Source: Fidelibacterota bacterium
Lineage (GTDB): Bacteria; Fidelibacterota; Fidelibacteria; Fidelibacterales; DSDE01
NCBI GenBank assembly: GCA_046735395.1
Contig: JBJKQR010000012.1
Location: 21,394 to 85,393 of the forward strand
DNA length: 64,000 bases
Direction: 5' to 3'
A model generated the notes under the pieces. The model was not told where the DNA came from, did no database searches, and was given only the letters and a program-made list of their open reading frames with translations. Of this stretch, positions 9,249-18,058 are shown one piece after another. The number at the start of each line of letters is the position of its first letter. The stretch's first letter is position 1. The position numbers and the translations under genes were made by a program.

Positions 9249-10103
9249 ATGCTGATTTCTGTTGAGAATCTGAATTATCGTTATCCCGGAGGCGATACGA
9301 ATGCGGTAGAAGCGGTGAATTTCTCCATTGCTGAGGGCGAAATATTCGGTTTTCTGGGACCCAGCGGCGCCGGAAAAAGTACCACTCAGAAGCTGCTGAC
9401 GGGATTATTGAAAGCGGACTCGGGAATGATCCGCATTTTCGGAGAGGATTTCATCCATCCCGGGAGCGCATTTTATGAACGGATCGGGGTATCCTTTGAG
9501 TTTCCCAATCTCTATTCAAAATTTTCAGCACGGGACAATCTGGAGTTTTTTTCCAGGCTCTACACCGGACCCGTCCGTTCTCCCGAATCCCTGCTCCGGG
9601 ATGTGGCCCTAAGTGACTGGGTCGATCGCCGTGTCTCCGAATTCAGCAAGGGAATGAAACAGCGCCTGAATCTTGTTCGTGCCCTCGTTCATAATCCCGA
9701 TCTCATTTTTCTCGATGAGCCGACGGCCGGACTCGATCCGGTGAATATAGAGCTGGTCAGATCTCTCATCTTTCGGGAAAGGGAGCGGGGAGCCACCATC
9801 TGTCTCAATACGCATGACATGCAGCTGGCCGAATCGGTCTGTGACCGTGTCGCCTTCATCGTGGGCGGACATATTGCCGTTATTGATACACCCAGAAATC
9901 TGAAACTCCGCTACGGACAGGCCTCAGTCAAAGTGGAATATGAAGAGGATTCCCGCATAAACGCGGTGTCCTTTCCTCTGGAAGGTCTGGGGAATAATGC
10001 GGATTTTCACCGGCTGCTGCAGTCAGGGACTGTCCGGACCCTTCACAGCCAGGAGGCGGGGCTGGACCAGGTCTTTATTGCCTGTACGGGAGAATCGCTG
10101 TGA
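9249..10103 (+). CDS. ABC transporter ATP-binding protein
   Basis: Walker A (GPSGAGKST), a signature-like FSKGMKQR and Walker B (LIFLDEPTAGLD). Confidence 0.9.
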   Translation: MLISVENLNYRYPGGDTNAVEAVNFSIAEGEIFGFLGPSGAGKSTTQKLLTGLLKADSGMIRIFGEDFIHPGSAFYERIGVSFEFPNLYSKFSARDNLEFFSRLYTGPVRSPESLLRDVALSDWVDRRVSEFSKGMKQRLNLVRALVHNPDLIFLDEPTAGLDPVNIELVRSLIFRERERGATICLNTHDMQLAESVCDRVAFIVGGHIAVIDTPRNLKLRYGQASVKVEYEEDSRINAVSFPLEGLGNNADFHRLLQSGTVRTLHSQEAGLDQVFIACTGESL

Positions 10104-10816
10104 CCCGCTTTTTTTCAGTATTCCACTTTGATATCCGCTTTCAGATCCGTCATGGATTTTATCTCGTCTATTCAATCCTGACCCTCATCTATATTCTGAT
10201 CCTGCATATCGCGGTTCCGGATGCGCAGAAAATGTATGCGCTGCTTTACATTCTCTATACGGATATTGCCGGCCTGGGATTCTTTTTTTCGGTCGCGGTG
10301 GTGCTGCTGGAGAAGGAGCAGAATATCGTTCAGGCTCTGGCCTGTACGCCGCTCAGCGTTCTGGAGTATCTGATTTCAAAAACTCTTTCCCTCCTCGTCA
10401 TCACCTTCGTATTCGCCTTTCTGCTCATCGGGATCTATCATCAGTCCGTTCCTCATCCGCTGCTGCTTCTCGTGGCTCTTTTGTTTAATTCCCTGTTATT
10501 CACGCTTTTCGGGATGGTCCTGTCAGCCCGTGCTGTCAATATCAATCAGTATTTCAGCCGCGGTCTCATCTGGGGACTGCTGCTGCTGTCGACTCTGCCC
10601 CTCGAACTTTTGCCGCAGCGTCCGCTTCTCGTGAGCCTGCTCCCGGCAAATGCAGGCTTCGCGGTTTTTGTTCTGCCCCAACTGGGTCATGGCCACACTG
10701 CAGCGATCGCTTTGGGACTTTTATCCGTGCTGGCCTGGATCGGGGTGCTGCTGCGCCTGTCATGGCTGCGTGTTAACCGATACGTATTCGGGCATATAGA
10801 CGGAGGGGTAAAATGA
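10100..10816 (+). CDS. ABC-2-type transporter permease
   Basis: A polytopic hydrophobic protein whose start overlaps the ATPase stop by 4 nt. Confidence 0.7.
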   Translation: MTRFFSVFHFDIRFQIRHGFYLVYSILTLIYILILHIAVPDAQKMYALLYILYTDIAGLGFFFSVAVVLLEKEQNIVQALACTPLSVLEYLISKTLSLLVITFVFAFLLIGIYHQSVPHPLLLLVALLFNSLLFTLFGMVLSARAVNINQYFSRGLIWGLLLLSTLPLELLPQRPLLVSLLPANAGFAVFVLPQLGHGHTAAIALGLLSVLAWIGVLLRLSWLRVNRYVFGHIDGGVK

Positions 10817-11532
10817 AGAAGTTTCCCGTCCTGAAACTGCTCCTGAACGATCTGAGACAGATCCGCATGGACGGAACACTGCTGCTGATGGCGGGTGCCG
10901 TTCCCGGAATCTATCTCGTTACAGCAAGGGCACTGCCCATTCTCAATGAAATTCTGGCCAGCCATAAGCTGATTCAGCTGACTGGCCATCTCCGGTTTAT
11001 TATAATGACCCTTTACATGGTGATTCCGCTTCTCTCCGGCATGCTGGTCTCTTTTCTGATGGTCGATGAAAAGGATGAAGGTATTTTACAGCAGATCTCT
11101 GTTACACCGATGGGAGTGGGGAGATTTTTTATTTACAAATATTTTTTCGCGTTCTGCCTGGCTTTTCCCTTTCTGCTTCTCATGTTTTACTTTCAGCCTC
11201 TGCTGAATCTGTCATGGATGAATTCTGTGGCATTGGCCTTCATCTATTCACTGGAGTCGCCGCTCATTATTCTGCCGATTGTGAGTTTTGCCCATAATAA
11301 GATCGAAGCCATGGCTCTGGCAAAACTGACCGGAATTACTCTCCTTTTTCCGGTGGCAGCCTATTTCTCTCCCGATTGGGGCGCCTCGATCCTGGCTGTA
11401 TTTCCCTGGTCATGGATAGAAATATTCAGTACATCCACCGGGTTCCTCACGCTGTTTGCAGCCCTGGCCGTTCATCTGCTCTGGCTGCTGCCCGGACAGA
11501 TCCTCTTCGTAAGCCGTTTCCAGCATCGCTGA
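10813..11532 (+). CDS. ABC-2-type transporter permease (second, distinct)
   Basis: A polytopic hydrophobic protein with a 4-nt overlap with the preceding permease. Confidence 0.7.
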   Translation: MKKFPVLKLLLNDLRQIRMDGTLLLMAGAVPGIYLVTARALPILNEILASHKLIQLTGHLRFIIMTLYMVIPLLSGMLVSFLMVDEKDEGILQQISVTPMGVGRFFIYKYFFAFCLAFPFLLLMFYFQPLLNLSWMNSVALAFIYSLESPLIILPIVSFAHNKIEAMALAKLTGITLLFPVAAYFSPDWGASILAVFPWSWIEIFSTSTGFLTLFAALAVHLLWLLPGQILFVSRFQHR

Positions 11533-11608
11533 GACGCTTTAATCACTCCTATTCTTTTCCTTTTTAATAAAAATATTACCTGAATAGTCTGAAAATGCAT
11601 TTCGGGAC

Positions 11609-11659
11609 TTGCTTTCCCATTTTACATTAATTATAATCTTGACGAAAAAGTCAAGATTA
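11609..11659 (+). promoter_or_regulatory. Candidate sigma-70 promoter overlapping a perfect 10-6-10 inverted repeat (operator-like) upstream of the PDH operon
   Basis: TTGCTT (11609-11614), a 17-bp spacer, then TATAAT (11632-11637). The inverted repeat TAATCTTGAC-GAAAAA-GTCAAGATTA spans 11634-11659 and overlaps the -10 element. It lies about 115 bp upstream of the aceE start. Confidence 0.35.
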
Positions 11660-11774
11660 GAAAGATCTTGGCAGGAGTAAAGAAGAACGATGTTGAACTC
11701 ATTGAAAAACAAAGAAATAGAAAATATTCAAAATCACAAATTGCCTGTGAGTTTTGAGTTGGGAAGATGTTGAT

Positions 11775-14432
11775 ATGGAAAACAGACTGAACGATATTGA
11801 AATCCGGGAATGGATTGAATCACTTGAATATGTTCTGGAAAAGGAAGGAAGGGACCGGGGCCGGGTTATCCTGCAGGAACTCCGGAATCATGCCGGATTG
11901 CGGGGCATTGAAGTGCCGCAGGGGACCAATACGCCCTATATCAATACCATCCCTGCCGATGAGCAGCCCGTATATCCGGGTAACCGGGATATGGAGCGGC
12001 GTATAAAAAGCGTGATACGATGGAATGCCATGGCCATGGTGGTAAAAGCTAACCGGATCGAGGACGGAATCGGCGGCCATATTTCCTCCTATGCGTCGGC
12101 GGCCACGCTGTATGAGGTCGGGTTTAATCATTTTTTCAGAGGCCCCTCGGAAGACTTCTCAGGAGACATGGTTTTTTTCCAGGGACATGCATCTCCCGGG
12201 ATCTATGCCAGGGCTTTTCTGGAAGGGCGTCTGTCAATCGAGGACCTGAATAATTTCCGCCATGAGGCGCATGCCAGCGCCGGATTACCGTCCTATCCTC
12301 ATCCCTGGCTGAGGCCGGATTTCTGGCAGTTTGCCACCGTTTCCATGGGACTGGGGCCGCTGATGGCGATATATCTCGCCCGGTACAACCGTTACCTGGA
12401 GGACAGGGGTCTGAAAAGCAGCCGGGGTGAGAAGGTCTGGGCATTTATAGGAGACGGGGAGACGGATGAACCGGAAACACTGGGAGCCATATCTCTCGCA
12501 GCCCGGGAAAAGCTGGACAATTTAATTTTTGTCATCAACGCGAATCTTCAGCGGCTGGACGGGCCGGTACGGGGAAACGGCCGTATCATTCAGGAACTGG
12601 AAACGAATTTTCGGGGAGCCGGCTGGAATGTGATCAAGGTGATCTGGGGGCGGGAATGGGATGATCTGCTGGCCCGGGACCGGAGCGGACTGCTCATCCG
12701 GCGCATGGATGAGCTGGTGGACGGTGAAAGCCAGAATTACAGTGTGCGCGGCGGAGAGTATATCCGGGAACATTTTTTCGGAAAATATCCCGAACTTCTG
12801 ACACTTGTGGAGGTCCTGAGCGATGAGCAGCTGGAAAAACTGTCCTTTGGCGGGCATGATCCGGAAAAGGTCTATGCTGCGTACTCAGCGGCCGTAAAGC
12901 ATGAAGGCGGACCGACGGTCATTATCGCCAGAACGGTGAAGGGATACGGACTGGGAGAGGCGGGGGAAGGAAAGAATTTCACCCATTCCCAGAAGAAACT
13001 GAATGAAAAGCAGCTGCGCTCCTTCCGAAGCCGCTTTGCCATTCCCATTTCCGATGATGAAATTGATTCGGTGCCGTTTTACCGTTTTCCCGAAGAAAGC
13101 CCCGAGCATGATTATCTACATGCCAGGCGGAAAGCTCTGGGTGGCTACCTTCCTCAGAGGCGGACGGTCGGGAAGCCTCTGGAAATGCCCGACAGCAGGA
13201 TCTGGTCAGAATTTGACGAAGGAACGGGTGACAGGCCGGTGTCGACCACCATGGCCTTCGTGAAACTGCTTACACAGCTTCTGAAAGACCGGAATACCGG
13301 CTCTTATATCGTTCCGATTGTGCCGGATGAAGCGCGGACTTTCGGGATGGAATCCCTGTTCCGGCAGGTTGGAATCTATTCCCACGTCGGCCAGCTCTAT
13401 GAACCCGTGGATTCGGATTCACTGCTGTATTACCGGGAAGCCCGTGACGGACAGATTCTGGAGGAGGGTATAACGGAAAGCGGAGCCATGTCCTCATTTA
13501 TAGCGGCCGGCACATCCTGGTCGCTCCATGATGTTCCCACCGTGCCCTTCTATATCTTTTACTCCATGTTCGGACTCCAGAGAGTGGGAGATCTGGCATG
13601 GGCTGCCGGAGATATGCGCGCCCGCGGTTTTCTGGTGGGGGGAACAGCAGGGCGGACCACGCTTGCCGGAGAAGGACTTCAGCATCAGGATGGGAATTCA
13701 CAGCTTCTGGCCTTTGCCTATCCGACACTGAAGGCCTATGATCCGGCCTATGCCTATGAAATAGCTGCGATTATCAGGCAGGGAATGAAGAGTATGTATG
13801 TGGACCAGAACGCGGAATTCTATTATCTGACTCTATGCAATGAAAATTATCCGCAGATGCCACGGCCGGCGCATGACCCTGACCTGGATGAAAAAATCAT
13901 CAGGGGAATGTACAAATTCAGATCATCCGATCTGAAATCAGACCGGAAGGCCATCCTTTTTGGTTCCGGTGCTCTGCTGCCACGTGTTCTGGATGCGGCC
14001 GAAATTCTTGAGAAGGATTACAAGGTTGCGACAGAAATATTCAGTATCACCTCCTATAAGGCTTTGTACATGGATGCGGTGCTGCGGGAAAGAGAGCTTT
14101 TCCTGACCGGTGAGAGCATGAAATCCCATTTGTCTCACGAACTGGAAGGTCTGGATGCGCCCATCGTCGCGGTGTCAGATTATGTGCGGGCTGTGCCCGA
14201 TACCCTCGGCCGCTGGATATCAAATCCCATGATGAGCCTGGGAACAGATGGCTTCGGACGCAGTGACGGACGTGATCATCTCAGGGACTTTTTTGAGGTG
14301 AATACGGCCTATATCGTTTTTGCCGCGCTCACCATGCTTCATCGCCAGGGGCAATTTCCTGCGGATTTACTGGAGCGTGCCGCAGGCAGACTGAAGATTG
14401 ACAGAAGCAAACCCAATCCTATGACGGCATGA
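11775..14432 (+). CDS. aceE: Pyruvate dehydrogenase E1 component, homodimeric type
   Basis: An ~885-aa single-chain E1. The N-terminal DIEIREWIESLEYVLEKEG resembles the E. coli AceE N-terminus, and a ThDP-binding GDGETDEPE motif is present. The ATG at 11775 follows GGGAAG, and an in-frame TTG at 11754 is an alternative start. Confidence 0.93.
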   Translation: MENRLNDIEIREWIESLEYVLEKEGRDRGRVILQELRNHAGLRGIEVPQGTNTPYINTIPADEQPVYPGNRDMERRIKSVIRWNAMAMVVKANRIEDGIGGHISSYASAATLYEVGFNHFFRGPSEDFSGDMVFFQGHASPGIYARAFLEGRLSIEDLNNFRHEAHASAGLPSYPHPWLRPDFWQFATVSMGLGPLMAIYLARYNRYLEDRGLKSSRGEKVWAFIGDGETDEPETLGAISLAAREKLDNLIFVINANLQRLDGPVRGNGRIIQELETNFRGAGWNVIKVIWGREWDDLLARDRSGLLIRRMDELVDGESQNYSVRGGEYIREHFFGKYPELLTLVEVLSDEQLEKLSFGGHDPEKVYAAYSAAVKHEGGPTVIIARTVKGYGLGEAGEGKNFTHSQKKLNEKQLRSFRSRFAIPISDDEIDSVPFYRFPEESPEHDYLHARRKALGGYLPQRRTVGKPLEMPDSRIWSEFDEGTGDRPVSTTMAFVKLLTQLLKDRNTGSYIVPIVPDEARTFGMESLFRQVGIYSHVGQLYEPVDSDSLLYYREARDGQILEEGITESGAMSSFIAAGTSWSLHDVPTVPFYIFYSMFGLQRVGDLAWAAGDMRARGFLVGGTAGRTTLAGEGLQHQDGNSQLLAFAYPTLKAYDPAYAYEIAAIIRQGMKSMYVDQNAEFYYLTLCNENYPQMPRPAHDPDLDEKIIRGMYKFRSSDLKSDRKAILFGSGALLPRVLDAAEILEKDYKVATEIFSITSYKALYMDAVLRERELFLTGESMKSHLSHELEGLDAPIVAVSDYVRAVPDTLGRWISNPMMSLGTDGFGRSDGRDHLRDFFEVNTAYIVFAALTMLHRQGQFPADLLERAAGRLKIDRSKPNPMTA

Positions 14433-14443
14433 GGAGTAGTGAT

Positions 14444-15754
14444 ATGCTGACGGACATAAAAATCCCCGTTCTCGGGGAAAATATAGAATCGGCGGTGCTG
14501 GCTGCGCTGCGAGTTGAGGCCGGACAGTCTGTGAAAAAGGATGATATTCTCATGGAGCTGGAAACGGGAAAGGCTGTGGTCGAAATTCCGGCAGAGACTG
14601 ACGGAATAATTCGAAATATCCGGGTTGAAGAAGGTGCGGAACTTCGCATCGGACAGCTTGTGATGTCCTTAGAAACCTCCGGGACTCAGGTGGAAAGCCA
14701 GGATGATGTTAAGGAAGGCCCGGTACCTGAATCGGAATTGCCTGAATCTGCTGTGATTCAGGAGACAGCGGAGAGGCCGCCTACAGCTGAAGTTCAGCGG
14801 ATTGAGGTACAACCTGAGTCGGATTCTCTGAAAGCGGACGGGACAGACCAACGCGCAAATGAATTTCTGCTGGTGCCGGCGGCTCCTTCCGTACGGCGCT
14901 TTGCCCGGGAAATCGGGATTGATATCCGTCAGGTGACCGGCAGCGGTCCGGGAGGACGGATCAGTATAGATGATGTGAAAACCTTTTCACGACTGGTGAA
15001 TCAGAACGAACAGGGGCGGCCGGCCGGGAAATCGCTGCTTCCGGATTTTGAAAAATGGGGCTCTGTGCAGCGGATTCCCATGTCAGGCATCCGTCTGGAA
15101 ACGGCGAAACACCTGTCGGCAGCCTGGTCCGAAATTCCCATGGTGACTCAGTACGGCAAGGCAGATCTGAGTGAATGGGAACGATTGAAGGACAATCTGG
15201 GAGCCGATGTGGCAGCCCGGGGAGGAAAACTGACTCTGACCGCTCTGCTTGCAGCTGTTGTTGCGAAGGCATTGGTGAAATTTCCCAGTTTCAATTCATC
15301 CATTGATATGGAAAAACGGGAAATCATCACTAAAGAATATATCAATATGGGAATAGCTGTGGATACACCCGGAGGGCTGCTGGTGCCGGTGATCCGGAAT
15401 ATTCAGACGCTGGGACTGATGGACATTGTCCTGGAACTTCAGAATCTGGCTGAGAGAGCCCGGGAACGGAAAATACGCCCTGAAGACCTGCAGGGAGGAA
15501 CCTTTACGATATCAAATCTGGGCGGTATTGCCGGTACGGCCTTCACACCGCTTGTCAATTCACCGGAAGTGGCTATTCTGGGTCTTTCCCGTTCAGCGGT
15601 GGAAGCAGTGTGGAACGGGCGTGAATTTGAGGCGCGGACCATGCTGCCCCTGTCTCTGTCCTATGATCACCGCGTCATTGACGGTGCCGACGGTGCACGA
15701 TTCATGGGATGGATAGAAGAGGCGCTTCGCCAGCCCTGTCGCCTGCTGCTGTAA
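14444..15754 (+). CDS. aceF: Dihydrolipoamide acetyltransferase E2
   Basis: One lipoyl domain (ELETGKAVVEIPA), a subunit-binding domain (PSVRRFAREIGIDI) and a catalytic DHRVIDGADGARF. The ATG at 14444 is preceded by AGGAG (14432-14436), and an in-frame ATG at 14429 overlaps the aceE stop. Confidence 0.93.
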   Translation: MLTDIKIPVLGENIESAVLAALRVEAGQSVKKDDILMELETGKAVVEIPAETDGIIRNIRVEEGAELRIGQLVMSLETSGTQVESQDDVKEGPVPESELPESAVIQETAERPPTAEVQRIEVQPESDSLKADGTDQRANEFLLVPAAPSVRRFAREIGIDIRQVTGSGPGGRISIDDVKTFSRLVNQNEQGRPAGKSLLPDFEKWGSVQRIPMSGIRLETAKHLSAAWSEIPMVTQYGKADLSEWERLKDNLGADVAARGGKLTLTALLAAVVAKALVKFPSFNSSIDMEKREIITKEYINMGIAVDTPGGLLVPVIRNIQTLGLMDIVLELQNLAERARERKIRPEDLQGGTFTISNLGGIAGTAFTPLVNSPEVAILGLSRSAVEAVWNGREFEARTMLPLSLSYDHRVIDGADGARFMGWIEEALRQPCRLLL

Positions 15755-15820
15755 GGGCTGACAGGAACCTTGTCACTGTCCTGATTATTCCGTAATTTTC
15801 AGCAAAGAAAAGGAGTGTAC

Positions 15821-17239
15821 ATGTCAGAACCAAATAACGAACTGGTGATTATCGGAGCAGGTCCGGGGGGATATGCCGCCGCCTTTCATGCTGCGGATCA
15901 TGGTCTTCAGGTCACGCTCATCGATCCTGAGGAAAATCCGGGTGGTGTCTGCCTGTACAGAGGGTGTATTCCCTCCAAGGCTCTTCTGCATGCAGCGAAG
16001 CTCATTTATGAAACCCGTGAAAGTTCTGCCTGGGGCCTGTCCTTCAGCGGAATGAAACTGGATACAGATGCACTCAGAAACTGGAAACAGTCTGTTGTCG
16101 ATAAGCTGACGGGCGGCCTGGGGCAGCTGGTCAGACAGAGGAAAATTACCTATATCCGTGGAAAGGCCGCGTTTAAAAGTGACCGGCTGCTTCAGGTGGT
16201 CGGAGAGGATGGCACAGAGCGGGATATTGAATTCGGGAATGTGATCATTGCTGCCGGTAGCCGGCCTGTGGCCATACCCGGAATAAATATGGAAAACCCC
16301 CGTATTCTGGACAGCAGCGGAGCTCTGGCGCTGAATGATGTTCCGAAACGTCTGCTGGTAATCGGCGGCGGATATATCGGCCTGGAAATGGGAACCGCCT
16401 ATGCTGCTTTCGGATCTGCCGTCACCGTCGTGGAGATGCTTCCCAACCTGCTCCCCGCCATGGATAAGGATCTGGTGAGGATCCTGAAGCGAAGCCTGGA
16501 TAAAAAGTTCGAATCCATTCTGCTTTCCACGCGGGTTAAATCTGTTCAGGAAGGGAAGGACGGACTGGCCGTGACCTTTGAACTGCCGGACGGCAGTGAA
16601 AAGACGGATCATTTCGACAAAATTATCGTGTCGGTGGGACGCCGGCCCAATTCGGACAGGATCGGCCTGGAAAATACCTCGGTCAGGGTGGATGAAAGAG
16701 GTTTCGTGCAGGCGGATGACCGCAAGGCCACATCCGTTTCCCATATTTATGCAATCGGTGATATCGTGGGCGGGATGATGCTGGCCCACAAGGCCTCCCA
16801 CGAAGCATTCACGGCGGTGGATAGCATTCTGGGGAAAAATGCGAGTTTCAATCCCCAGGCGATTCCGGCCGTTGTGTTTACCGACCCGGAAGTCGCAGTA
16901 GCCGGACTGGGAGAAGATGACGCGAAATCCCGCGGCCTGGATGTGGATGTGACACGCTTTCCCTGGGCAGCCTCCGGCAGGGCCCTCACGATGGATCGCG
17001 GGGAGGGAATGACGAAAATCATTTTTGATAAATCCAGCGGCCGTGTCCTCGGTGTGGGGATCGTGGGCGCCGGCGCCGGGGAAATGATTGCCGAAGGAAC
17101 ACTGGCGATTGAAATGGCTGCCCTGGCTGCTGATGTGAAGCTGACCATTCATGCCCATCCCACGTTGTCGGAAACATTTATGGAGGCCGGAGAACTGTTT
17201 TTCGGGCCGGCCACCCATGTCTATAAACCCAAACGCTGA
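15821..17239 (+). CDS. lpd: Dihydrolipoyl dehydrogenase E3
   Basis: FAD motif GAGPGGY, a redox-active disulfide (GGVCLYRGCIPSK) and a C-terminal HAHPTLSE. The ATG lies 5 nt after AAGGAG. Confidence 0.95.
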   Translation: MSEPNNELVIIGAGPGGYAAAFHAADHGLQVTLIDPEENPGGVCLYRGCIPSKALLHAAKLIYETRESSAWGLSFSGMKLDTDALRNWKQSVVDKLTGGLGQLVRQRKITYIRGKAAFKSDRLLQVVGEDGTERDIEFGNVIIAAGSRPVAIPGINMENPRILDSSGALALNDVPKRLLVIGGGYIGLEMGTAYAAFGSAVTVVEMLPNLLPAMDKDLVRILKRSLDKKFESILLSTRVKSVQEGKDGLAVTFELPDGSEKTDHFDKIIVSVGRRPNSDRIGLENTSVRVDERGFVQADDRKATSVSHIYAIGDIVGGMMLAHKASHEAFTAVDSILGKNASFNPQAIPAVVFTDPEVAVAGLGEDDAKSRGLDVDVTRFPWAASGRALTMDRGEGMTKIIFDKSSGRVLGVGIVGAGAGEMIAEGTLAIEMAALAADVKLTIHAHPTLSETFMEAGELFFGPATHVYKPKR

Positions 17240-17350
17240 CGGGTAATAACTATCCGAAGCTTGCCCGAAGGGCTGACGGCAGGATTCAGACCTTGCTTAT
17301 CCCTTTTGAATACTGTAATTTTTTCCACAATTTCAGATAAGGGATCAGAA

Positions 17351-17689
17351 ATGGAGGACAGCAGTACAGTGTTATTTGATAAAGCGGAATTATTAGACCG
17401 GGTTGGTGATGACGAAGAACTGATTCAGGAATTGATAGAGCTGTTTATAGACGATTACCCGGGTAAAATCAGTGGAATTGAGGACGGGCTGGCTGCTCAG
17501 GATGCAGAAAAGGTCCGGGATTCAGCCCATGGCCTGAAGGGCGCTTCCGCGAATCTGTCCTTCAACAGTGTCTCCGGGATCGCGAAAACCATCGAGTTTG
17601 CAGCCCGGGATGAAAATCTGGTACTGGTCGCCGAAAATCTCGTTCTCCTGAAATCCGAAATTGCCCGGCTTCTCGAAATCATCAGTTAA
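17351..17689 (+). CDS. Standalone Hpt (histidine phosphotransfer) domain protein
   Basis: An ~112-aa protein with the phosphorylatable-His motif SAHGLKGASANL and an LIELFIDD... helix typical of Hpt. The ORF-track start at 17261 looks like a non-coding extension. Confidence 0.8.
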   Translation: MEDSSTVLFDKAELLDRVGDDEELIQELIELFIDDYPGKISGIEDGLAAQDAEKVRDSAHGLKGASANLSFNSVSGIAKTIEFAARDENLVLVAENLVLLKSEIARLLEIIS

Positions 17690-17719
17690 TCAATAAATAC
17701 ATATCGTAATGCTCATATC

Positions 17720-17744
17720 TTCGCCGTCGGCTGGTGACGGCGAA
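17720..17744. terminator. Hairpin between convergent genes (possible bidirectional terminator)
   Basis: TTCGCCGTC-GGCTGGT-GACGGCGAA forms a perfect 9-bp stem with a 7-nt loop. It lies between the Hpt stop (17689) and the DUF4177 stop (17776). The T-tract on the + side is weak (TCCGTTATTT). Confidence 0.35.
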
Positions 17745-17775
17745 TCCGTTATTTACTGAACTGTCAGGTCGTGGC

Positions 17776-17973
17776 TTATTTAAATTTTATACGGGAAAAA
17801 ATAAGTTCGAAATAGGCGGAGGCGCCGAAACTTTCTGTGGGCGGAGCGAAGATCTGTACGAGCTGCCACCCCTGGGCGGCATGTTCGTCAATGATCTTGT
17901 GATAATCTTCCTTCGGCTTCACGCTATTGATACCGGCCTTCAGATCGATCTTGATATATTTGTATTCGTACAT
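17776..17973 (-). CDS. DUF4177-like small protein
   Basis: 65 aa. MYEYKYIKI...AAQGWQLVQI...FELIFSR fits the DUF4177 pattern. I judge the overlapping + strand ORF 17734-17988 to be spurious. Confidence 0.65.
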   Translation of the reverse strand: MYEYKYIKIDLKAGINSVKPKEDYHKIIDEHAAQGWQLVQIFAPPTESFGASAYFELIFSRIKFK

Positions 17974-18058
17974 GGAACACCTCCCTGAACAATATAAGAA
18001 ATTAGCGGCAAGCGAACAGTAAAAACATTGAATCTACAGGCATTTACAGGAATGTGGC

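Noticed and set aside
15824-17218. Very long antisense ORFs are mirrored on real genes. Examples include the 464-aa ORF opposite lpd, 846-2210 opposite grpE/dnaJ, 18260-19381 opposite miaB, 22212-23246 opposite the hybrid HK and 27649-28686 opposite cheA. Others are 44362-45378, 45385-46386, 46287-47384, 51634-52881 and 58164-59114.
   Set aside because: In every case I checked except the grpE-overlapping part of 846-2210, the antisense ORF is codon-aligned with the sense gene. Its stops would therefore correspond to the sense codons TTA, CTA and TCA, so their absence reflects sense-strand codon usage rather than a second gene. The sense strands carry unambiguous family motifs, while the antisense translations are low-complexity (R/G/P/S-rich) with no recognisable domains.
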